58,844 bases of DNA, taken from positions 1 through 58,844 of the forward strand of contig JAZSKY010000043.1 of the NCBI GenBank assembly GCA_045535095.1. The letters run 5' to 3'. The translations under genes were made by a program, and so were the position numbers. Below, piece after piece: positions 12,301-18,197 of this stretch; position 1 is the first letter of the stretch, and each line of letters opens with the position of its first letter. Origin of the DNA: Eubacteriales bacterium (GTDB lineage: Bacteria; Bacillota; Clostridia; Oscillospirales; CAG-272). The notes beneath the pieces were generated by a model. That model was not told the DNA's origin. It did not search any database and worked only from the letters and a program-made list of their open reading frames with translations.

Positions 12301-13036
12301 TCGGTGGATTAATGCGGATAATCAGTTCTCTACAGGTAGTGATTTGACAGGAATGAATTTGTTTGCTTACTGCGGCAATAATCCTGTTAATAGAATTGAT
12401 CTTACCGGAGAAGCTTGGTGGCATTGGGCACTTGGAGCAGCTGTTGTAGCAGCTTGTGCGGTTGCCACAGTAGTTACCTGTGGAGGTTTTGCAGCCGCAG
12501 CAACGGCTGTTTGTATGGTTGGTAGTGGTGTTGCGGCTGCTACGACCGCATCAACTGTTGCCGCCGGAGCATTTATAGGGTCGGCAACTGTTTATGGTAT
12601 GGCAGTTTTGTCTGCCGCATCCACGTCGAGTTCCGTGCAAGAGTTCAATGACCAAGGAAACTGGGGTACAGTAGCGGCAACGGCTTTCGGTGGACTAACG
12701 GGCGGATATGATGGATATACAATGTCCAAAGCACAAACACCGACAAGTACCCCGACAGGGAGAGGTACGCAGAATCCGAAAGTAAAAGCAGCGGTTCAAA
12801 AAGGTCAAGCAATGCACAAACAGATGGATTATGGACCTGGAGTTTTAAAAGAACAAACAATCGCACCTGGATGTAGGGTTGACGGAATAGATTTTAACAA
12901 TCGTATTATATATGAATTGAAACCCAACAATCCACAAGCTATTGCTCGAGGAATGAACCAGCTCAATAGATACACATCAGCCGCAAGTCAACAGTTTGGT
13001 GGGACTTGGACGGGTGTGCTTAAATTGTATGATTAG
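6335..13036 (+). CDS. WapA-like Sec-exported Rhs/YD-repeat polymorphic toxin with DNRLRE domain and C-terminal restriction-endonuclease-fold toxin (Tox-REase-9-like)
   Basis: ATG 6335 after AAAGGA; signal peptide; DTYVSS..P.TNYG DNRLRE region; YD repeats; core NPFRYRGYYYDTETGLYY...NNPVNRIDLTG; Ala/Gly-rich pre-toxin helices; tip RVDGIDFNNRIIYELKPNNP...G.NQL.RY (PD-(D/E)xK). Confidence 0.92.
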   Translation: MNKFSIKLISLILSIAIILVTVPLTVFATTRDKSEDANTIITDEAMLGNIMSDIYELTDRRDEYTKHFRLEDGSVIAAQYDDPVHYLDQNNNWQDIDNTLSDVGSEYSTSNAKIKFAKKITGNESLFTLHDGNAKITMSLDGAIKKTAGTVINHSDDNEMTKLQKMMSLEKISATIVYADILDGVDLEYIVKSDYVKENIIVKERQNSYAYTFTLKLNNLDAVLNSDGSISIIEPGTDNIVYAIPAPVVYDDNYNYAPSEAAYYLLDKIGTNKYSLTVQVDSEWMNAEERVYPVVVDPTVYKGGRKLGQMRDTYVSSANPGTNYGGQKVLRAGYDPTYGHTRSYIYLKPLPTLPKGSYITSAEINLQISSISELNDITLAAYTIDMGTTSLWSETKTTWSTHPAQFSQLLDYVNIEYMTETYDWSWDITEAAKKWYSGALPNHGICIGLLEESLTSTNCVVFHASESDSSAAGSYLPFYSFTYRDAKGLEDYYSYSSGSAGLVGTYSINNATGNMVLVTPLLSTTDSLMPLTLSLVYNSTLAGIPYQYSDSVMTAYTNGYTPYGFKLNIQETIIKKSYINSSHATAYHYIWADADGTEHYFLPIEGENNKYQDDDGLQLILDTSSSTQLTITDNSKTVRKFAKMSSSPSGTAEAWYLSSIADKNNNAVSFAFDGAYRPIAVNLVPNGGSPINFITLSYNTNGLLYLVWNQTSKDGVVIKYRDQFGNTAEGYEYVLGQISYLHGNDSTTLQNWNDYYNSSSNQNNITLDALANYTIMYNSLSRAYDSLSNSTFVFGYVGNGTNVSLKQVQKSSNNTTGQKISFEYFNGYTEIRTSGSDDVHGNDDDIITVCTFDGELRLKSKYSTDLSRSKIYGAVSGEYETQQNVKNNVKHSTTVGGSATNYLVNGGFETTTTSGVMSGWSRTSNVYLRTTGGGGTRDWGYIEVRAQAGVTDSVSQHVLLPEGEYTLSMSLDSGSATNAKVYMKAVSVSNGTHTFIKECPVSKDYASSTIEVSMPISALNVTNGGEIFKISIEVTGDSNLSGYCSVQFDNVMLAKCVGSAPFTRVECGDFESFSVNSNGSFITSVSDFWETSGSSVDLEASAYPFGNVAYIESNNGNTEYVKQRIYTAGYSILDDYDSGAAYYESDKTYVVAGFAKICNSLPKDVARIRVDVNYYQGSGNDLYVQPYYFDFQKGSDAWQFVSGTFDTTAGDVVHSIDIYCEFSSIGLGYAMFDNISVFQSGIDEFEECLYYGDADGAKNGLLYYKKSGSYYEVYDYDNQKNLTRVANNMGEIHDYTYDDKGNVVREVYYKFQNNNGLPIYPVFNNDPDSFITKTPQTITEYHYNNSYGLLSEIDAYEAQYNSNGDVVAKTNAKHVITSYSYNLGGESRIFGSLATETSSRGVVTRYYYDATNGHLLATVNQSKGTGICYTYDALGNITLVTPATYVSSTQQYSSVNNAEKVEYTYNSNNRLNTITTESTTYYFNYDAFGNATDISAGDRELASYTYNPNNGKLATMTYGNGTTVRYVYDELDNIKELWYNVGGTETKAYEYSYTWLGQIARFDDLINGTSVIYTYDGSGRLTNVTEYDTADMKNNFGAYTFYNEKSQVSSVFYSSDYIYPAGVESTSWWYSYSYMPDGSLDYVSVNSDITMGEIDYTYDTFNRITSKKYSYTYDYETDYVNNVTYSYAPGVYDNTTALVSGYTSTVNGTSTNYSYIYDSNGNIEKIYIGTTAVYRYKYDDLGQLVREDNVELNRTYVYTYDNAGNILTKKTYALTSEGVTPTNPQSTVNYGYNDASWGDLLTSYGGQNITYDAIGNPLSYYNGSRYTFTWKQGRRLATAVKGSNTLSFEYNDEGIRVSKTVNGVKHSYHLNGSQIAYEEWGNNLLIYLYDADGSPIGMLHRTTSDASYDFDAYWFEKILQGDIVAVYSSSGTKLVTYKYDAWGNITTTYYNGGASTVAQYNPFRYRGYYYDTETGLYYVSSRYYDPEIGRWINADNQFSTGSDLTGMNLFAYCGNNPVNRIDLTGEAWWHWALGAAVVAACAVATVVTCGGFAAAATAVCMVGSGVAAATTASTVAAGAFIGSATVYGMAVLSAASTSSSVQEFNDQGNWGTVAATAFGGLTGGYDGYTMSKAQTPTSTPTGRGTQNPKVKAAVQKGQAMHKQMDYGPGVLKEQTIAPGCRVDGIDFNNRIIYELKPNNPQAIARGMNQLNRYTSAASQQFGGTWTGVLKLYD

Positions 13037-13047
13037 AGGTGAGATAA

Positions 13048-13458
13048 ATGATGCTTAATCATAATGAATATTTGAATTATACATTACCTAACAATTGGTG
13101 TGCCGAAGAGGATATTGATAATCTTCTTTTGTATAATCCCAGCGGCAATGGTGCGATAACAACATCTTTTTTCAATGTTTTAAAAACAAAAGAATCTTTA
13201 GATGAGCAGATAAGCATATTGGCCAAAAGATTTATTGAACAAAATAATATCAATCTGCATTCTCCTTTAATACTTTTCAACAGAGATGGCAAGACAATTT
13301 TGTACGGAACAGGCACAACATCTGATGGTTGGTTTATAAAATTGTGGGTTGTTGCCAAACACCCGAAAATAGTGTTTGCCACATATCAAAGTGAACGAAA
13401 AAGCGCTGAAGTGAAAGTATGTGATTCTATCATCGATAGTTTTCAGTTCGCATTTTAG
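13048..13458 (+). CDS. Putative immunity protein for the Rhs REase tip (PsbP/DcrB/DUF3805-like fold)
   Basis: Immediately downstream of the toxin, RBS GAGGTGA; N-terminal YTLPNNW and C-terminal IIDSFQF patterns typical of PsbP-like folds. Confidence 0.65.
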   Translation: MMLNHNEYLNYTLPNNWCAEEDIDNLLLYNPSGNGAITTSFFNVLKTKESLDEQISILAKRFIEQNNINLHSPLILFNRDGKTILYGTGTTSDGWFIKLWVVAKHPKIVFATYQSERKSAEVKVCDSIIDSFQFAF

Positions 13459-13638
13459 TCATGGTATTATTTGAGATAAAAAGGTTTCAGGAATGTTCCT
13501 GACAAGTCTGTGTTTGGGTGTCCAAAAATGATGCTTGTCGGTACATAACAGTACCATTCTCTTTTTCGGCGAGTAACCCACCGAAAAACAACGTCCCGGA
13601 GGGGGACAACCCCTCCGGGTACATAGCAAAACCCAGCC

Positions 13639-14418
13639 GAAATCGGATTCTATTACCTCAACAGCAGATACTACGATCCCGAAATGGGTAGGTTTATTAA
13701 TGCGGATGGCGTGATGTCCGGTGCAGACGGATCACTACAAGGTGCAAATCTGTTCGCTTATTGCTTTAATAATCCGGTTAATCTTGATGATTCTGATGGT
13801 AATTGGCCCAATTGGTTGAAAGTTACGATTGGCGCTGTTGCAACCGTGGCCGCGGTCGCTATTACAGTAGCAACCGGAGGTGCGGCAGCTCCGGTTTTGA
13901 TTGGAGTGGCAGCAAGCACTGTGGGCGGTGCGGCGTTTGGGGCAGTCAACCACCGTATTACCACTGGAAGCTGGGAAGGAGCAGGAGAAGCCGCTTTAGA
14001 TGGAGCTGCAGATGGATTCATGTGGGGAGGAATAGGCGCCCTCGGATCTTCTGCTGTGTCTGCCATCCCCAAAATTACAAAGGCAGCCAATGCAGCAAAG
14101 TCAGATCCTATAAAAAAAGCGCTGAAACAATTGGATTCATCTGGTCTGCGTCCCGGACAAACATCAATATCTCGCAGCAGAGTTATGGAACTTGTTAACA
14201 ATTTTGACTCAACTAAAGCTCAAAGTTGTGTATATTCAAACGGTGCAACAAGATTTTTAGTAGATGGGCATCATACTACAGTAGCAAGTACAATTTTAGG
14301 AAAAGGTACTTGTATGAATATGGGAGCAGTTACATCACAGTTGCCTTCTGCAACAAATGTATATTGGTCAAAAAATTGGTATGAATTTGGAAAGACAGTC
14401 ATTAAAATTATGGATTGA
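13639..14418 (+). CDS. Orphan Rhs C-terminal toxin module (core remnant plus ParB/Srx-like tip)
   Basis: Begins mid-core as EIGFYYLNSRYYDPEMGRFINAD, with an in-frame stop just upstream (13624) and no clear RBS; NNPVNLDDSDG; hydrophobic pre-toxin region; tip LRPGQ...FLVDGHHT. Confidence 0.8.
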   Translation, partial: EIGFYYLNSRYYDPEMGRFINADGVMSGADGSLQGANLFAYCFNNPVNLDDSDGNWPNWLKVTIGAVATVAAVAITVATGGAAAPVLIGVAASTVGGAAFGAVNHRITTGSWEGAGEAALDGAADGFMWGGIGALGSSAVSAIPKITKAANAAKSDPIKKALKQLDSSGLRPGQTSISRSRVMELVNNFDSTKAQSCVYSNGATRFLVDGHHTTVASTILGKGTCMNMGAVTSQLPSATNVYWSKNWYEFGKTVIKIMD

Positions 14419-14427
14419 GGGGATGTA

Positions 14428-14958
14428 ATGAAAAAAAAATCTGCTTTTGCCGAACTATTATATGTTGTTTCAAATTTTGAAAAAGGTAGGGTAAAATCCT
14501 CTGGTATATGGAATAAAAAATATGTTAAATCATTGGAAAGTTCAATAGAAATTATGACCCTTCTTACAAATTTAATTTCAGGGAATAAAGAAATTTCACA
14601 AAACGAAATTCATTTTTTACAAGACTTTATTCATAAAAACAAAGGCATTATTTTTAATAACGAAGGAAATATTGATGTTATTTTTGATGATAAAAACGAT
14701 TTTATACCTTCATCTAATGACTTTGAAGAACCCATAAAATTAATGAACTATATCATAATAGAAATCAAGAATCTTTTACGCACCAAGAGCAAAAACTATA
14801 AAATTAAAATATCGTATTTACTGAAAGCGTTTCATAACTTGCCAAAAGTTTTTCTCGACCCAAAAGATACTCGAGTGTTTAATCTTGATATTCATCCCAT
14901 AGACCAGCAAGAAGCCGTTCAATACGCATTTTCATATATTTCAATAATATACAAATAA
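14428..14958 (+). CDS. Putative immunity protein for the orphan toxin
   Basis: Directly follows the orphan tip, RBS GAGGGG; very AT-rich; contains FHNLP. Confidence 0.65.
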   Translation: MKKKSAFAELLYVVSNFEKGRVKSSGIWNKKYVKSLESSIEIMTLLTNLISGNKEISQNEIHFLQDFIHKNKGIIFNNEGNIDVIFDDKNDFIPSSNDFEEPIKLMNYIIIEIKNLLRTKSKNYKIKISYLLKAFHNLPKVFLDPKDTRVFNLDIHPIDQQEAVQYAFSYISIIYK

Positions 14959-15117
14959 ATCCATTGAGAAAATTCATTACGGCATCTGTTGCATTGATCC
15001 ATATTAAAACTTTAAATTAGGAATCCATGCCGTTTAATACAATGACTTGGTTTGGAAAGCTAATTTGAATTTGCTTATAAAAATAATGGATAGTCAGCAT
15101 TAATAACCATACCCTGT

Positions 15118-15151
15118 AAAGCTCCGCTCATTTTGGGCGGAGTTTTCTTTT
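15118..15151 (+). terminator. Intrinsic terminator ending the Rhs locus
   Basis: GCTCCGCTCA-TTT-TGGGCGGAGT followed by TTTCTTTT. Confidence 0.65.
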
Positions 15152-15205
15152 GCTCGTATTTATATACAAAAAAATTCAAAAACATAGCACTTTTTCGCAA
15201 AACCC

Positions 15206-15235
15206 TTGACAAATTCTTACAGATTATGCTATACT
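15206..15235 (+). promoter_or_regulatory. Sigma-A type promoter
   Basis: TTGACA-18 nt-TATACT with TGn extended -10. Confidence 0.55.
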
Positions 15236-15265
15236 ACAGTTGCGACACAACAGAATAAAAGTCTT

Positions 15266-15754
15266 ATGGGTACAGTTTCATTAAAGCTTGAACTTACAGA
15301 AGATTATGGCGTGACAGATGCGTGGGTCTTTACAGCAACCGAATATAATTTTGTAGTCAAAGAATCTGATCTTGGGACATACTTAACCGAAGAAGAGCTT
15401 AAATCTTCTGAAACAATAGAAAAAGTCAAAAGTTATCTTAAGACGAAAGATGAGTTTGGGTTTCAAGGCAAGGATATAGAGTCATTTGAGAGCTTTTATT
15501 TGGCGACAATAAAGACGGAAATAAAAAACGAGCATGAGAAGAAACACGCTCTTGTGGTAGTTGCGTATGAAGATAACGGATGGTGGGAAGGATACTGCTG
15601 TCACGTACTATACGATATTTACCGCATAGGAGATTCGATTTTTGCGGATTTAGATTACCATGCAGGGGATGAGAGTTACACGGAAACCGTCAGCGACGTG
15701 CTTAATGGACTTGATGACGATTATACGTACAAACTCATAAAGAAATTTGGATAA
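15266..15754 (+). CDS. Acidic hypothetical protein (possibly a gene remnant)
   Basis: ORF between a consensus promoter and a terminator. The track's TTG at 15206 is the -35 box, so ATG 15266 is preferred; no clear RBS. Confidence 0.5.
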   Translation: MGTVSLKLELTEDYGVTDAWVFTATEYNFVVKESDLGTYLTEEELKSSETIEKVKSYLKTKDEFGFQGKDIESFESFYLATIKTEIKNEHEKKHALVVVAYEDNGWWEGYCCHVLYDIYRIGDSIFADLDYHAGDESYTETVSDVLNGLDDDYTYKLIKKFG

Positions 15755-15755
15755 G

Positions 15756-15787
15756 AAAATAAGCCGCTCGGAAGAGCGGCTTATTTT
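15756..15787. terminator. Bidirectional intrinsic terminator
   Basis: AAAATAAGCCGCTC-GGAA-GAGCGGCTTATTTT perfect inverted repeat. Confidence 0.75.
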
Positions 15788-15838
15788 GATGCATATATCG
15801 TTTTATCGCTTCATAAAATGTTTGCTTTTTAATAATGA

Positions 15839-15965
15839 TTTCAAAAACACCAGTAATTTTGAAAGCGATTGAAATTTTATCAGCAGTAAAAAGGGCTACA
15901 AAACACCAGTATTTTTGAAATTGAATAGAATATTCAATAACACCCCAACACCAGTGTTTTGGAAA
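15839..15965. repeat. Three copies of a ~26 bp pseudo-palindromic site
   Basis: AACACCAGT(A/G)(A/T)TTT(T/G)GAAA at 15846, 15902 and 15947; idealised consensus TTTCAAAAACAC-CA-GTGTTTTTGAAA. Confidence 0.7.
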
Positions 15966-16401
15966 TGGCCGTTTTGTCGCACCAATCTTTAGATAACACA
16001 GCGTGAATTTTTTCGTTTTGCTCGTTTTTTTGTGTTTTTTTCTATCCAATTATGCTACAAAATCTACATTATTCGGGAACTTACCTTAAAACACCGTCTT
16101 GCTTGCTCTCGTGTGAACTTTCTATGAAATATAACGTAAGAAGATAATTAATGTAATAAAGATATCTAGATGTCGAACTTCTAATTTGTAAATCGTTAAT
16201 ACTGATATATTTGCCTATAAAACTAAAACCTTATCAATGGAGTAAACAGTGTCGTAGCTTAATTGCAACGGTACTGTTTTTATTTTATGAATTTTGATAA
16301 TTAAAATGCTGAATTTATCTAAATTTGCATCTTTGTAATTACTTTTTCTTTCATACTTATATTGAAAGAAAAAACATGAGAGGAGAAAAAAATAACCGAA
16401 T

Positions 16402-16608
16402 GCTGGTTATACCGCATGTAATTGTGGTATAACCAGCCAACTGTTCGGAAACAGGGATGCTTACGTGAATAGTCAACCCGTAAGATCCGCCTAGCTCGGC
16501 GAAAAGATTAAGAAAAATATTAGAAAACTATTTTGAATAACTTTTCCTAAAATGTAGCCAAGACCGTTTAACACCCACCGTGGTGGCGCAATTGTAAAAT
16601 TACAATTG
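16402..16608 (+). other. Multi-hairpin structured leader upstream of the tyrosine recombinase (candidate ncRNA or recombinase/nicking site)
   Basis: Stems at 16402-16437 (15 bp with one G-U), 16441-16454, 16455-16488, 16575-16586 and 16589-16608. Confidence 0.5.
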
Positions 16609-16660
16609 TGATTTAAAAAATCTTACATACTTAAAATAGAAAAAAGAAAAGGAGAAAAAT

Positions 16661-17614
16661 ATGGGAAAGCGGAAAAGAAAAGCAACCGTTACACAGCGAA
16701 TCACCGCAGAAGCAACAGAGCAGTTAAGTGGCATCAAGCATGATGCTACCCGGAAACAGTACATACGGCATTTTAAATCGTATGTACGTTATTGCAGAGA
16801 CACACACAATGTTAAGTTTCTTGAGGATTGTCAATCGTACGTCCAGGATTACTGTGACAATTTAGTAAGCAGCGGAAAGTATAGCGCCTCGACAGTACAC
16901 ACGTATATTGCAGCAATATGTAGAGTACTTAACATTAACATGCGTATTGTGAAAAAGCCAATACGTCATGTGGCCGACTATGTACGCGGACGTACAGAGA
17001 GGTTCGGAGGTGCTACTTATGATGAAAACGATCCAAGATGGTCATATGTCGTAGAATTTCAAAAGAGAGTTGGCATTCGACGGAATGAACTTGAGCATTT
17101 GCGTGGGTGCGATTTTGCGACCGATGAAAGTAATTATCCGTGTGTGCTGGTTAGATGCGGCAAAGGCGGTAAGATTCAATATCAGCGTATAGATGTGGAA
17201 GATATTGAATTTGTGCGCCAGTTTTTTACACGCGTTGAAAAAGATGATTATATTTTTGAAAAATCGTTGTTCCAAAATAATCTTAATTTACATGGACTGC
17301 GTGCCGACTGTGCAAAAAAGTATTATGCAGATGTGCTAAAACGCCTTAAGGAAGATCCGAAATACGCCAAACAACTCGAAGGCAAAATACGAAAACGATG
17401 GGATTTATACTGCCGTGATAAGAAGGGAAGACCTCGTCGGTTTCCTGAACATGAAATTCGTGGTTGGTATATATTACGTGGTAAAAATCGCGAAATGGCA
17501 CGCAGAAAAGGATTGCCTGTATCATATAACAAACTGGCGTTAATGGCTACATCAATTTTTAAGTTGTCACATTGGCGAAATGATGTGACTGTGGCTAGCT
17601 ATCTTTTGGCATAA
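16661..17614 (+). CDS. Tyrosine recombinase (divergent, Integrase_1-like, no arm-binding domain)
   Basis: Catalytic set R (GIRRNEL), K (GKGGK), HxxR (HGLR), H (LSHWR), Y (ASYLL); SAM-like N-terminus (YSASTVHTYIAAI); RBS AAGGAG. Confidence 0.85.
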   Translation: MGKRKRKATVTQRITAEATEQLSGIKHDATRKQYIRHFKSYVRYCRDTHNVKFLEDCQSYVQDYCDNLVSSGKYSASTVHTYIAAICRVLNINMRIVKKPIRHVADYVRGRTERFGGATYDENDPRWSYVVEFQKRVGIRRNELEHLRGCDFATDESNYPCVLVRCGKGGKIQYQRIDVEDIEFVRQFFTRVEKDDYIFEKSLFQNNLNLHGLRADCAKKYYADVLKRLKEDPKYAKQLEGKIRKRWDLYCRDKKGRPRRFPEHEIRGWYILRGKNREMARRKGLPVSYNKLALMATSIFKLSHWRNDVTVASYLLA

Positions 17615-17647
17615 AAAAATAATTAAAAATAAAAAAGGAGAATTGGT

Positions 17648-18064
17648 ATGAAACAAACAACGTTCAATGAAATTTGGGATGAGGCGCATAATGACAGAGA
17701 GGAAATGTTATCGATGTATTTTAAATCTGAATATTTATCTCGTTTGTTAAGTAAAAAGGAGATTATTATGACACGAGATACTATAGCGGCCGCAGAGGCA
17801 ACAAGAACCTTTGATGACTTTTGCAATGTTTTTAATAAGTCGGCACTTAGTATTATGGAAGAATTTGAAATTCCATCCGATGTTGTTGATGAATGGCGCA
17901 ACGGTACATTTCCTCTGTACTTGAAACGTATGATTGCATGTTCGCTCGTATCTGCTGCTATTGAAGATGGTCGTTGCAAAACTTGTCAGTTATGTGGTGA
18001 ATTTTTCTTTTCTAAACACAAGACGGCTTTGTTTTGCGAGGATTGTTGTGAGTGTGTTTTCTGA
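17648..18064 (+). CDS. Small HTH-like protein with C-terminal Cys-rich zinc finger
   Basis: RBS AAGGAG; HTH-like FEIPSDVVDEWRNG; C-terminal CQLCG...FCEDC. Confidence 0.6.
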   Translation: MKQTTFNEIWDEAHNDREEMLSMYFKSEYLSRLLSKKEIIMTRDTIAAAEATRTFDDFCNVFNKSALSIMEEFEIPSDVVDEWRNGTFPLYLKRMIACSLVSAAIEDGRCKTCQLCGEFFFSKHKTALFCEDCCECVF

Positions 18065-18197
18065 AACAAGAAAAAATCGCTATTCAAAAACCACTTTATT
18101 TATTTTTTTCTGTCATACTTATTATGTCGTGCGCGATACTGTTCATGGCCATGAACGAAAATCTTATCAAAAAAACAAACAGAAAAGGAAAAAACTT

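Noticed and set aside
15839-15965. CRISPR mini-array
   Set aside because: Only three degenerate copies with unequal spacing, and no cas genes; no CRISPR array seen anywhere in the window.
15790-16400. Left end (attL) of a small ~6 kb element limited to the mobility module
   Set aside because: No 5' ssp fragment or match to the attR sequence is visible here or elsewhere in 1-21780, so the left end is placed outside the window; nested elements cannot be excluded.
16402-17614. Protelomerase with a telRL site
   Set aside because: The HxxR-A-x-x-A segment is reminiscent, but the protein is small and no long perfect palindrome without a spacer is nearby.
17934-18197. 88 aa N-terminal extension of the helicase in the ORF track as a possible primase domain
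   Set aside because: Overlaps the upstream gene, has no primase motifs, and a good RBS precedes ATG 18198.
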